DNA of 64,000 nucleotides from an uncultured virus (IMG/VR IMGVR_UViG_3300004097_000004) (IMGVR_UViG_3300004097_000004), one strand, 5' to 3'; shown: positions 38,010 through 47,292, numbered from the stretch's first letter. Numbers and translations are program-made. Notes: generated by a model not told the origin, from the sequence alone.

Positions 38010-38990
38010 ATGAATTATACAAACACTACCAATATTGCGTTGCCGTTGGCTGTTTTTCTAGCCTGTGATGACTATGATTATCACCCTAATACCATATCAG
38101 CAACATCTATCATGAAGTCCACACGACAGCATGTACTAGGCAAGCGTGTTAAGCCGGATGAAGCTTTCATAGATGTTAGTAGTCTAATAGCATCAAGTCT
38201 AGGTACAGCCATTCACTCAGCTATTGAGAAAGCATGGCTTAGTCCTAAACTCTCTGACATACTTCAAAGATTGGGTATACCAAGCACTACAGCAAACAAT
38301 ATTGTTATCAACCCAACAGCAGAACAGTTAGCTGCTAATGATAAAGCTATACCTGTCTACATGGAGATACGTACTTTTAAAGAGATTATGGGTTACACAG
38401 TCTCTGGTATGTACGACTTTGTAGCTAACGGTAAAGTTAATGACTTCAAGTCAACCTCTGTGTACACGTATATCTATCAAAGTAAGGTTGAAGATTACAT
38501 CACACAGATGAGTATCTATCGTCTACTTAATCCTGACACGATCACTAAAGACACCGCATTAATACATTACGTATTTACTGATTGGTCTAAAGCCAGTGCA
38601 CAGAGAACTAAGGGTTACCCACCCTCTCGTATTCTTACTCAAGAGTTAAAGTTATGGTCTATAGATAAAACCATGAAATACATCAAGAGTAAGTTGCATG
38701 CAATCACAAAGTATATTGATGCTCCTGAGTCTCAGATACCGCTATGTACTTCTAAAGAGTTATGGCGTAAAGAAGATGCTTGGAAATATTATGCCAACCC
38801 TGCAAAGATGGGTAGAGCTACCAGAAATTTCGCATCATCAGCTGAAGCTAGTAAAAAATTTGTAGCTGATGGTTCCAAAGGGATAATAGTGCATGTACCG
38901 GGTAAAGTTATTGCCTGTAATTATTGTCCCGCTTTTTCAGTGTGCAAACAAAAAGATGCACTCATTGCTTCCGGAGAACTTGAATTATGA
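38010..38990 (+). CDS. PD-(D/E)XK exonuclease (N4 gp42-like)
   Basis: GTAIH, G.YD...DFKST, Q.SIY, C-terminal CNYCP...C. Confidence 0.85.
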   Translation: MNYTNTTNIALPLAVFLACDDYDYHPNTISATSIMKSTRQHVLGKRVKPDEAFIDVSSLIASSLGTAIHSAIEKAWLSPKLSDILQRLGIPSTTANNIVINPTAEQLAANDKAIPVYMEIRTFKEIMGYTVSGMYDFVANGKVNDFKSTSVYTYIYQSKVEDYITQMSIYRLLNPDTITKDTALIHYVFTDWSKASAQRTKGYPPSRILTQELKLWSIDKTMKYIKSKLHAITKYIDAPESQIPLCTSKELWRKEDAWKYYANPAKMGRATRNFASSAEASKKFVADGSKGIIVHVPGKVIACNYCPAFSVCKQKDALIASGELEL

Positions 38991-39211
38991 GTTTAAAACT
39001 TACAAAGCTACAACTCATTGCAGCCATTATTGATTTTTTTCAAGATCAAAAAGAGTCTGAGTATAAAGCCTGTAGAAACTGTAATCATGTTTATCTACCT
39101 TTAAAAAGTGACGACCCAAATGTCTCAGTGTGTTTACGCTGTAAGCACCCTAATGAATTACCAGAACATTTGAGAAGTATTAAACTGCAATCAGAATCAA
39201 AAGGTAAATAA
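38987..39211 (+). CDS. Small zinc-finger protein
   Basis: CRNC...CLRC. Confidence 0.65.
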   Translation: MSLKLTKLQLIAAIIDFFQDQKESEYKACRNCNHVYLPLKSDDPNVSVCLRCKHPNELPEHLRSIKLQSESKGK

Positions 39212-39212
39212 T

Positions 39213-41399
39213 ATGATTAGACCATTTGAAGAAATGGAGTATCACCCACTCAGCGACAAGCTAGTTAATATCCTACAAACCAAGACTCAGAATGATAATC
39301 CATTATTCTTTCGTGTCATTGTGGCTTATTACTTAGCTCTAGTAGCCTCTCAGATGCGTTGTAGCATCAAAGGATGGGCAGGACGGGGAACTATTCCAGT
39401 TAATGTTTACGCACTTGCCTTGAGTCCGTCAGGAACAGGTAAAGGCCATGCAGTAGGTTTGATTGAAGAACAAGTAATCAACACATTCCGTAAGCTATTC
39501 TATGAGCACACATTTCCAGTATCTGCCGAAAACCATTGTAATGAGTTGGCAGTCAAACGTGCAGCTCGTACAGGTGAAGACGTACAGGTAGAACTTGAGA
39601 AACTGGCTAAAGACTTTCATGGTCTAGGCTCATTACTCTTTACCTTTGATAGTGCATCAACACCTGCTATTAAGCAGATGCGTCAGAAAGTGCTCATGGC
39701 AAATGCAGGCTCTATTAATCTACAGATTGATGAGATTGGTGCTAACTTTACACAGAGTATTGAAGCACTGACTTCTTACTTAGAGCTTTATGATAAAGGT
39801 AAGATTAAAGATAAGTTGATTAAATCAAACTCTGATAATACCCGCTTTGAGACTATTGAAGGTTATACACCTGCGAACATGATGATGTTTGGTACAGGCT
39901 CTAAACTATTAGATGGTGACAAAGTAGAAGATGCTTTTGTAGAAATGTTAGAGATGGGCTATGCCAGACGTTGCCTATTCTCATTCACTGAGAAGATGAT
40001 TAAGCAGGATGCTAAGAGTGTTACTGATCTCTATGCTGACCTGTTTAATGACACTCAAGATGATTGGCTTGAAGAAGTAAGTGATGACTTTGCTAAACTT
40101 GCTGACCTAGCTCTGATGAACAGAGAGTTAGATATCAAGAAGCCAACAGTTATGTATTTACTGGCTTATAAGCTAGATTGTGAAGAGCGTGCTAAGTCAT
40201 TTACAGATAGTCAGAACATACAACGAAGTGAGATGCAGCATCGTTACTTTAAAGTATTAAAACTATCTGGTGCCTATGCATTTGTGGCAGACCAAGAGGA
40301 AATTACTATCAAGGATTTAGAGCATGCCATGAAACTTGTGGAAGACTCTGGAGAAGCATTTGCTGAATTGATGAAACCTCAACGTCCTTATGAGAAACTA
40401 GCTCGTTACTTAGCTAACAGTCCTGAAGAGATTACGTTACCTGACTTGGACCAAGACCTACCTTACTTTAAAGGTTCGTCTACCCAAAAGGATTACCTAA
40501 TCCAAATGGCTACAGCTTGGGGTTACAAGAACGGTGTAGTTATTAAGAAGTCTTATTCAGATGGTGTACTATTCTTACATGCAGATGCAGTCTTTGAGAC
40601 TGATTTGAGTGAAATGATTATTGCCTATTCTACAAGCCAAATTGCTGAAGGGTTTACCCCACATAAAGTTAACTTTGATAAGTTGCCTAATCTATTTAAG
40701 CAGCCTAACTACCATTGGATAAACCATCATGTAAAAGATGACTATCGTAATGAGGTTAATTGTATTAAAGGTTTCAATCTATTGGTACTGGACGTAGATG
40801 GTGGTGTATCCCTATCAACTGTTAAGTTACTGCTTAATGATTACAAGGCCATCTATTACACTACCAAGCGTCATCAGACTGTTGATGAACACGGTAATAA
40901 CTTAGGTGATAGATTCCGTGTAGTTCTACCTATGAATTACACACTACCTATGGACGCTGACAACTACCGTAAGTTCTATGACAACGTGGTAGCTGAAATG
41001 CCATTCCCAGTAGATGCAGCATGTGGTACACGTTCTAAGAAATGGTTAACCAATGCCAAGACTGAGATACATACCAATGATGGTGTACTGTTTGATGTGC
41101 TCCCATTCATACCTGAAACGGTTAAGAATGAAGAGCGTGAAAACAAGCACATGGAGCAGAAAGATTTAGATAATTTAGAACGTTGGGTAATTAACAACAC
41201 TGGTGATGGTAACCGTAATAACATGTTATTGCGTTTTACTATGATCCTTATGGATGCGGATTTATCGTATAATAGAATCCGTGAACGTACTATTGATTTA
41301 AACAGTAAGTTACCAGACAAACTATCAGAAATGGAATTATCTAAAAGTATTTTTCATACTTTGGCTAACCGTATGGTTGCAGCAGGTAAAGAGGTTTAA
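39213..41399 (+). CDS. Primase-like protein (N4 gp43-like)
   Basis: SPSGTGKG P-loop, LDVDGG, RFRVVLP, PriCT-like GNRNNMLLR. Confidence 0.88.
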   Translation: MIRPFEEMEYHPLSDKLVNILQTKTQNDNPLFFRVIVAYYLALVASQMRCSIKGWAGRGTIPVNVYALALSPSGTGKGHAVGLIEEQVINTFRKLFYEHTFPVSAENHCNELAVKRAARTGEDVQVELEKLAKDFHGLGSLLFTFDSASTPAIKQMRQKVLMANAGSINLQIDEIGANFTQSIEALTSYLELYDKGKIKDKLIKSNSDNTRFETIEGYTPANMMMFGTGSKLLDGDKVEDAFVEMLEMGYARRCLFSFTEKMIKQDAKSVTDLYADLFNDTQDDWLEEVSDDFAKLADLALMNRELDIKKPTVMYLLAYKLDCEERAKSFTDSQNIQRSEMQHRYFKVLKLSGAYAFVADQEEITIKDLEHAMKLVEDSGEAFAELMKPQRPYEKLARYLANSPEEITLPDLDQDLPYFKGSSTQKDYLIQMATAWGYKNGVVIKKSYSDGVLFLHADAVFETDLSEMIIAYSTSQIAEGFTPHKVNFDKLPNLFKQPNYHWINHHVKDDYRNEVNCIKGFNLLVLDVDGGVSLSTVKLLLNDYKAIYYTTKRHQTVDEHGNNLGDRFRVVLPMNYTLPMDADNYRKFYDNVVAEMPFPVDAACGTRSKKWLTNAKTEIHTNDGVLFDVLPFIPETVKNEERENKHMEQKDLDNLERWVINNTGDGNRNNMLLRFTMILMDADLSYNRIRERTIDLNSKLPDKLSEMELSKSIFHTLANRMVAAGKEV

Positions 41400-41401
41400 T
41401 G

Positions 41402-41425
41402 GGGCACTCGTGCCCTTTTCCGCTT
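41402..41425 (+). promoter_or_regulatory. Putative hairpin promoter, class B
   Basis: GGGCAC-TC-GTGCCC-TTTTCCGCT. Confidence 0.6.
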
Positions 41426-41444
41426 TTGTTTAAAGGATTTCACC

Positions 41445-41642
41445 ATGTCATCAGATATGCCTGAGAAAATTGTTATTCTTAACTATCAGTCAGGTCAAGT
41501 ATACATACTTGATTATGACTCTAATATTTACGAAGATGCAGAAGACTTTTTTGCATCTGAAGAGATGTCAGACTTCAGCTATAACGACTGTCATTACATG
41601 GTAGTCAGAGCTGAAGATTTACAAATATCATTCACACCCTAG
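41445..41642 (+). CDS. Small acidic hypothetical protein
   Basis: AAGGA RBS. Confidence 0.65.
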   Translation: MSSDMPEKIVILNYQSGQVYILDYDSNIYEDAEDFFASEEMSDFSYNDCHYMVVRAEDLQISFTP

Positions 41643-41654
41643 TAAGGAAAAAGT

Positions 41655-42368
41655 ATGGCTAATAAACGTGTAGCACTAATTTGTGGAGAAGCCAGTAAAG
41701 GCAAGACCGCAAGTCTACGTAATCTTAAAAAGGTATTACTTGCTAACTGTGAAGCAGGTAAGGATTTACCATTTAAGGGTACTGAATTTAAGAATGTCAC
41801 AGTACAAGACCCGTACCAACTTGAGCAATTCTTTGAGCATCTTGAAGCCAATGATGAACTTGACTATGGTGTGATTGATGGTTTCAACTACCTATTGGAA
41901 ATGTTTGTATCGGTACATATCCGTACAGCAGCAGATGGTCGTGAAGCATGGGGTGAGTATGCAGAGTATATCAAAATGCTTATGCAGCAATACCTAGCAG
42001 CTTGTACTAAGCCTATCTTGTTTACAGCACATACATTCACTGTCTACAATGAATCATCAATGGCAATGGAAACTAAAGTACCTGTCCAAGGTGGTGCAGC
42101 TAAGATTGGTATTGAGAGTTATTTCACTACTGTAGTAGCAGCCAAGGTTATGCCTGTTGATGACCTGAAACCGTACGTAGGTGAGTTATTGACTATCACG
42201 CCACGTGAAGAGGCTATGGGCTTTAAGCATGTCTTTCAAACCATGATTACTAAAGAGACTCTGAGTGAGCGTATACGTTCACCTATGGGTATGTTTGGTG
42301 ATAACGAAGTCTACATGGACAATGATGCAGAGCTTCTATTGAAGCGCATGGATGAGTACTATGGCTAA
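41655..42368 (+). CDS. AAA_24 / Sak4-like ATPase (N4 gp44-like)
   Basis: GEASKGKTASLRNL, VID, FTAH, RIRSPMGMF. Confidence 0.85.
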   Translation: MANKRVALICGEASKGKTASLRNLKKVLLANCEAGKDLPFKGTEFKNVTVQDPYQLEQFFEHLEANDELDYGVIDGFNYLLEMFVSVHIRTAADGREAWGEYAEYIKMLMQQYLAACTKPILFTAHTFTVYNESSMAMETKVPVQGGAAKIGIESYFTTVVAAKVMPVDDLKPYVGELLTITPREEAMGFKHVFQTMITKETLSERIRSPMGMFGDNEVYMDNDAELLLKRMDEYYG

Positions 42369-42888
42369 GCCAACTCAATCAGAATTAGCTGAGTACCTAT
42401 CCTATGACCCTAGCACTGGTGAGCTTACTTGGATTAAGAAAGCAGGTAACAGTACTGTGTTAGGTAGTAGAGCAGGTAGCACATCTAAATCTGGCTACAG
42501 ACGCTTAACTTTTAAAGGTAAGAATTACCAAGAGCATCATGTAATATGGTGCCTTGTATATGGTAGCTTTCCCGCAGACCAGATTGACCATGAAGATCAA
42601 GTACGAGACAACAATGCCTTGTACAATCTCAAAGCAGTTACTAAGGCAGAGAATGCTCGTAACCGTGCCAGACAATCTAATACTTATTTAGATGAAGCAG
42701 GCATATGGTTTTGTAAGCGTAGAAAGCGGTACATAGCAGAAATTACCCATCAGGGTAAGAAAGTATTTCAAAAGTCTTTTAAAGAAATAGAAGACGCAAT
42801 CCAAGAGCGTGCAGCCAAAGCTGAAGAGTTAGGCTTCCACGAAAACCACGGTAAATCCAATAACAGTAACAGGAAATTTTATGACTAA
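42361..42888 (+). CDS. Free-standing HNH endonuclease (HNH + AP2-like)
   Basis: YDPSTG, H.VIW...G, IDHEDQVRDNN...NL...EN.RN. Confidence 0.88.
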   Translation: MAKPTQSELAEYLSYDPSTGELTWIKKAGNSTVLGSRAGSTSKSGYRRLTFKGKNYQEHHVIWCLVYGSFPADQIDHEDQVRDNNALYNLKAVTKAENARNRARQSNTYLDEAGIWFCKRRKRYIAEITHQGKKVFQKSFKEIEDAIQERAAKAEELGFHENHGKSNNSNRKFYD

Positions 42889-43627
42889 CTTATTATCAGG
42901 TATCAAAACAGCAGACAACGTTGAAGAAGTACAAGACGTACTAGCATCTAACAAGTTTGCCAAAGCCGAAAGCGGTATCTATGACGCTACAATTAAGTAT
43001 GCTTACTTGAAGCCTGCATCAACAGGTTCAATTGGTTTACACTTGGAATTTGAATTAGACAACGGTATCTTGATGAAAGAAACTTTGTATGTCACAAATG
43101 CCAAAGGCGAAAACTTTTACGTAGATAAAAAAGATGCGAAGAAAAAACACCTACTTGGTGGTTACGTAACAGCAGACTCTCTAGCATTATTAGGCGTTCA
43201 GAAAGAGTTGTCAGAACTCAAATCTGAAGAGCGTATTATTAAATTACGTGATTACGATCTACAAAAAGATGTTCCAACCCCAGTTAACATGCTTGTTGAA
43301 TTGGTAGACAAACCAGTACGCATTGGCGTTATCAAAATCATTCAAGACAAGACTAAAAAGTCTGACAAGACTGATAGCAATGGTAAAGCAGTATATGTAT
43401 CTACTGGCGAAACCATGGTCAAAAATGAAACTGATAAAGTATTCCACTTAACCAATAACATGACTGTTGCAGAATTGCGTGCAGGTGCCACTGAAGCTGC
43501 CTTCATTGAAAGTTGGAAAGAAAAGTGGGAAGGTAAAACTTACGACAAGTCAACTACCTCTGGCGGTTCTTCAGCTAAATCTGGTGGCGCTTCTAAGCCT
43601 GCTGCGACTAAGAGCCTATTTAACTAA
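42881..43627 (+). CDS. Single-stranded DNA-binding protein (N4 gp45-like)
   Basis: ESGIYDATIKYAY, ETLYVT; Gly/Ser-rich tail ending KSLFN; synteny. Confidence 0.85.
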   Translation: MTNLLSGIKTADNVEEVQDVLASNKFAKAESGIYDATIKYAYLKPASTGSIGLHLEFELDNGILMKETLYVTNAKGENFYVDKKDAKKKHLLGGYVTADSLALLGVQKELSELKSEERIIKLRDYDLQKDVPTPVNMLVELVDKPVRIGVIKIIQDKTKKSDKTDSNGKAVYVSTGETMVKNETDKVFHLTNNMTVAELRAGATEAAFIESWKEKWEGKTYDKSTTSGGSSAKSGGASKPAATKSLFN

Positions 43628-43658
43628 TAGACTAATAGTTTAAACATAGTACGTATAC

Positions 43659-43691
43659 AAAAAAGACTGTAATAAACTGCAGTCTTTTTTT
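43659..43691 (+). terminator. Rho-independent terminator
   Basis: AAAAAAGACTGTA/TGCAGTCTTTTTT. Confidence 0.8.
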
Positions 43692-43731
43692 ACCTCTTTA
43701 ATTTACACAATATTTATAACCAAGGATTAAC

Positions 43732-44088
43732 ATGTCAAATAATATTTTACTTGAGTCAGCTGATGATGTAGCTGTAGTTTGGGCAAACTGGCATCAAGAC
43801 ATTATGCTTATTCTAGATGAAGGTCTAGAAGCTGCAACTAATGATGTAAATACCGGATCAGCTTCTGGTGACCCTGTAGTAGTACAACGAGCAATGGAAA
43901 CTGTAATTGATTTGATTAAAGAAAAACCAATCAACACTCAGTATTACATCAACCAAGATGTTATGAACCGTACTCGTGATTTAGTGAACGGTATTACTGA
44001 AGAGCCTGTAGCGGATGATTGTGATTGCTTTGGTTGCACACTGCGTAGAATGGCTGAAAAAGCTCAAGAGTTACGTGAGCAGCCTTAA
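43732..44088 (+). CDS. Hypothetical protein
   Basis: AAGGA RBS; C-terminal CDCFGC. Confidence 0.7.
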   Translation: MSNNILLESADDVAVVWANWHQDIMLILDEGLEAATNDVNTGSASGDPVVVQRAMETVIDLIKEKPINTQYYINQDVMNRTRDLVNGITEEPVADDCDCFGCTLRRMAEKAQELREQP

Positions 44089-44617
44089 TGTATTAGGCCT
44101 AGACCCTAGTTTAAGAAACTGGGGTATGGCAGCATGCACACTAGTAGATGGTGTGTTGACAGTCATTGACGTACACATTACCAAGACTGCTAACATTAAA
44201 GATCGTAAGGTTAAACAGAACGTATCAGACATACAAGCAGCAAACCAATTATACAAAGGTATGCTTAAAGCTGTGGAGTGGGCTGATGTAATCTGTATTG
44301 AAGTACCTCATGGCTCACAATCTTCAAGAGCTATGGTTTCATATGGTGTCTGTGTGGCTCTCATTGCCATTATACAAGAGCTTAATCCTAATATAGTGCA
44401 AGTATCAGCAAATGACGTTAAGGCTATTGTACGTACAAATAAAGAGCATAAACCATCTAAACAAGATGTTATTGCTTGGGTACGTAATAAACACCCCGAA
44501 GCACCATTACCTTTCACACTGGTAGCAGAGCATATGTGTGATGCAATAGTAGCTGTGTACGCTGCTATGCTTAAACCCCAATTTAAGGAAATGACATGTA
44601 CTACCGTGACAAAATGA
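44075..44617 (+). CDS. RuvC-like Holliday junction resolvase (N4 gp46-like)
   Basis: VLGLDPSLRNWG, IEVP.GSQS, EHMCDA. Confidence 0.85.
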   Translation: MSSLNVLGLDPSLRNWGMAACTLVDGVLTVIDVHITKTANIKDRKVKQNVSDIQAANQLYKGMLKAVEWADVICIEVPHGSQSSRAMVSYGVCVALIAIIQELNPNIVQVSANDVKAIVRTNKEHKPSKQDVIAWVRNKHPEAPLPFTLVAEHMCDAIVAVYAAMLKPQFKEMTCTTVTK

Positions 44618-45039
44618 TTGAGCATTTTAAAACCAGTAATAAACCTGTGCAATGTTACGTTGATGATCTATCAGAAGAACGCGCAAAGAAAGATACAGAC
44701 TACACACAAGTTATGGTGTCTTATGATTTAGCTTCAGATTCTTTCATCAGTAGTGAAGGCCGAACACCTTGGAAGTATGCAGTTCCAGTAGACCCAAAGG
44801 ATATACAAACCATGAGTATTAACACCACCACAGGTCAAGATGGTAAGAAGTCTTCAGTGATTATTCAGCACTTTAATTACCAACACCTACCTACACATCT
44901 GCAAGAAGTTTCAAAACAGTGTCATGACTTAGCTGTTGCTATGGATCAGGCATTACCATCAGGCCCTGAAAAGTCTGCCGGACTACGTAAGCTGCTTGAA
45001 GCAAAAGATTGCTTTGTGCGAGCAAACCTAGCTAAGTAG
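44596..45039 (+). CDS. Two-domain protein with a C-terminal Acb2/Tad1-hairpin-like domain
   Basis: FNYQHLP.HLQEVSK...LA...LPSGPEKSAGLRKLLEAKDCFVRA. Confidence 0.55.
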   Translation: MYYRDKMIEHFKTSNKPVQCYVDDLSEERAKKDTDYTQVMVSYDLASDSFISSEGRTPWKYAVPVDPKDIQTMSINTTTGQDGKKSSVIIQHFNYQHLPTHLQEVSKQCHDLAVAMDQALPSGPEKSAGLRKLLEAKDCFVRANLAK

Positions 45040-45077
45040 TTTAAACTCAACCCAAATAAATTTTAAGGATACACCCA

Positions 45078-45515
45078 ATGCAAATCCAATTAAACGAAGT
45101 AGAATTAGAAGCAGCAGTTACCCAGTACCTAGTGTCTGAAGGTATGGATCTTACTAATAAAATTACTGACTTTGAATTTGAAGGTACATGTGCAATCAAT
45201 ATTGAAGTTGATGAATCTGCTGCAGCCGAGCCGAAGGCTAAGGCAAAGCCTAAGACCCGTGCTAAACGTAAGCCAAAGGCTGAACCTGCTCCTAAAGTTG
45301 AAGAGCCAGTAGAAGCTGAGACAAACCGTCTAAAGCCTGCTGAAGAGCCTGTGGAAGCCATAGAAGAAAAGGTTGAAACAGTACCTGTAGAAGAAGTAGT
45401 TGAAAAACTTGAAGAGCAAACTAAGCCAGTTTCTGAAACTGCAGCAGTAGAGCCAATCCAAGACACAGCTACTCCACCTGAGACTAAAGACAATGCTAAA
45501 TCAATCTTTGCGTAA
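45078..45515 (+). CDS. N4-like protein with acidic low-complexity linker
   Basis: MQIQLNEVELEAAV N-terminus; Glu/Pro/Lys-rich; ends KSIFA. Confidence 0.75.
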   Translation: MQIQLNEVELEAAVTQYLVSEGMDLTNKITDFEFEGTCAINIEVDESAAAEPKAKAKPKTRAKRKPKAEPAPKVEEPVEAETNRLKPAEEPVEAIEEKVETVPVEEVVEKLEEQTKPVSETAAVEPIQDTATPPETKDNAKSIFA

Positions 45516-45684
45516 AGCATTTGGTTTCATTATCTTCATAGCACTAGGTGTAATACTCTTTATGGCTATCACTATGTTTGTCAAAGTGGTAGCTGTAATT
45601 CTTGTAGTAGCATTCCTCATGTGGCTTATTTGGGTAATGAATACTAAGAAGACCAGTACAGACCCTGATGAAAATATCACGTAA
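45493..45684 (+). CDS. Small membrane protein
   Basis: Long hydrophobic stretch. Confidence 0.6.
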   Translation: MLNQSLRKAFGFIIFIALGVILFMAITMFVKVVAVILVVAFLMWLIWVMNTKKTSTDPDENIT

Positions 45685-45735
45685 GATATAAGGTCTGGTG
45701 TTAGTATAGGCATCCCTTAATTACAGGAATACTTA

Positions 45736-46077
45736 ATGCGAACAATTACTTATGCACTAGCAATCATACTATCAATCACTCTAAACGCTACAGCGGCTCA
45801 GGCCGCTACCGCTTCTTGGTATGGTAAACCTTTCCATGGAAGACTCACTGCAAGTGGAGAGCGTTATAACATGAATGCATTAACTGCAGCCCACAACTCT
45901 CTACCTTTTGGTACTATGGTTAAAGTCACAAACCTATCTAATAATAAGTCAGTTAAGGTACGTATCAATGATACTGGTGGCTTTAAGAAGTACGGTAGAG
46001 TTATTGATCTATCCAAGAAAGCCAATTCAATTATAGAGTGTGGCCTATGTAAAGTAACTATTAAGGTACTCAAATGA
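45736..46077 (+). CDS. Secreted RlpA-like (DPBB) lytic transglycosylase-family protein
   Basis: Signal peptide; [36 protein letters not shown]...VRIND...RVIDLS. Confidence 0.9.
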   Translation: MRTITYALAIILSITLNATAAQAATASWYGKPFHGRLTASGERYNMNALTAAHNSLPFGTMVKVTNLSNNKSVKVRINDTGGFKKYGRVIDLSKKANSIIECGLCKVTIKVLK

Positions 46078-46427
46078 ATTACACTAATATTATTATTATC
46101 GTGATTAGCTTAATCACAATATTTAATATCTACTACCTTTACCGTAAAAAGTGTAAAGAGAATGATAAGCTGTGGGGAAGTTTAAATAAAGCACATAGTA
46201 CCAACCATGAGCTACGGGAAAGACTGGAAATAGTAGGTAAAGTTACACCAAATACTCTATGGCAACATTCTAATGGTGCCGTGTATGAAGTAACTGGGTA
46301 TGCCAATTTACAGTCTAAGGATTTAATTAGATACCCAATAAATATCATCTATAAGAACAGTAATAATGATGTCTGGTGTCGTCCACTGTCTGATTGGCAT
46401 CGTAGCTTTACACCATACAATCCTTAG
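46074..46427 (+). CDS. Membrane-anchored protein with DUF1653-like domain
   Basis: N-terminal TM; WQH.NG..Y.V...IIY...VWCRP. Confidence 0.6.
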   Translation: MNYTNIIIIVISLITIFNIYYLYRKKCKENDKLWGSLNKAHSTNHELRERLEIVGKVTPNTLWQHSNGAVYEVTGYANLQSKDLIRYPINIIYKNSNNDVWCRPLSDWHRSFTPYNP

Positions 46428-46435
46428 TATACAAT
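46407..46435 (+). promoter_or_regulatory. Sigma70-like promoter for the ncRNA-tRNA transcript
   Basis: TTTACA (46407-12), 17-nt spacer, TACAAT (46430-35). Confidence 0.6.
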
Positions 46436-46441
46436 CCGTAT

Positions 46442-46986
46442 TTACAGATACCCCCATCAAGGGATACCAGAGTTAAGTCTGGCAGCGTTATGTGACCCAC
46501 AAGCCTGTAACCAACGATAGGAGTCGCTATCTGTATGCCCGAGGTTGCTAACTTCCTCAATAAATAAAGTTAGGCACAGGCCTCCAGAGTTTTTCTGTTT
46601 ATCTGGTAAACTAAAACAGTTCAAACATCAAAAAATTTAGTGCGTGTTCAGTTGCTTTTGGACTAAATTTCTAAACTATTAAAAGCAGCCGTCTGGTGTC
46701 GCAAACACCCGTAGTGGATAGGTAGCGTAAGCTATAGATTGCGTCAGGAAGCTACGTTATAATTACTACAGTTTTATATGAGTACCAACACTATCCGAGT
46801 TGGCTAAGTGCAAAGAACTTATTTGTGAACACTCAGTACAGTCCTCCTTGTGGGGTGTAGGGGCAGCGGGTATCCTGAGAAGCTCATATAAAACTGTTAC
46901 TCTAATACAGGCTATAACATAGCCGGTATAACCACTTTCTGAAATTGCTTGTGTGGTTAGAGGGGTGAAAGTCCTCAACAAGCAAA
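46442..46986 (+). ncRNA. Candidate large structured ncRNA (about 540 nt)
   Basis: No credible ORF; 15-bp perfect helix 46768-82/46883-97, several hairpins and multiple loop pairings; lies between a promoter and a tRNA. Confidence 0.7.
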
Positions 46987-46992
46987 CATTAT

Positions 46993-47069
46993 GTGCCTAT
47001 AGCTTAGCGGTCTAAAGCAGTGAACTCATAATTCATTGACCGTAGGTTCAAATCCTACTGGGCGCACCA
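46993..47069 (+). tRNA. tRNA-CAT (Ile2-like; Met possible)
   Basis: Cloverleaf: acceptor GTGCCTA/TGGGCGC, anticodon loop CTCATAA, T-loop TTCAAAT, encoded CCA; C4/C5 as in TilS substrates. Confidence 0.92.
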
Positions 47070-47075
47070 CTCCAT

Positions 47076-47104
47076 ACCCTACTAGAAATAGTAGGGTTTT
47101 CTTT
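47076..47104 (+). terminator. Rho-independent terminator after the tRNA
   Basis: ACCCTACTA-GAAA-TAGTAGGGT followed by a T-run. Confidence 0.8.
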
Positions 47105-47118
47105 TGAGGGTATACTTT

Positions 47119-47292
47119 ATGAATTTCATAATTAACTGCATTTTTCTTTACTTGTGCTCAATGCTGATCCTAACTGCAGTATGTGTTTTCAGTGGTATAG
47201 ATATAGAATTATTACAAGTAACTAAGATACTAGTTCCAATTATTTTAGTAGTTATGACTATTGTTGAACTACTTTCTAAAGTCCCTCGCTAA
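47119..47292 (+). CDS. Small membrane protein
   Basis: GAGG RBS; two hydrophobic segments. Confidence 0.55.
   Translation: MNFIINCIFLYLCSMLILTAVCVFSGIDIELLQVTKILVPIILVVMTIVELLSKVPR

Noticed and set aside
46766..46981. 71-aa minus-strand ORF in the ncRNA region
   Set aside because: TTG start, no RBS, antisense to the local transcription direction; better explained by the RNA structure.
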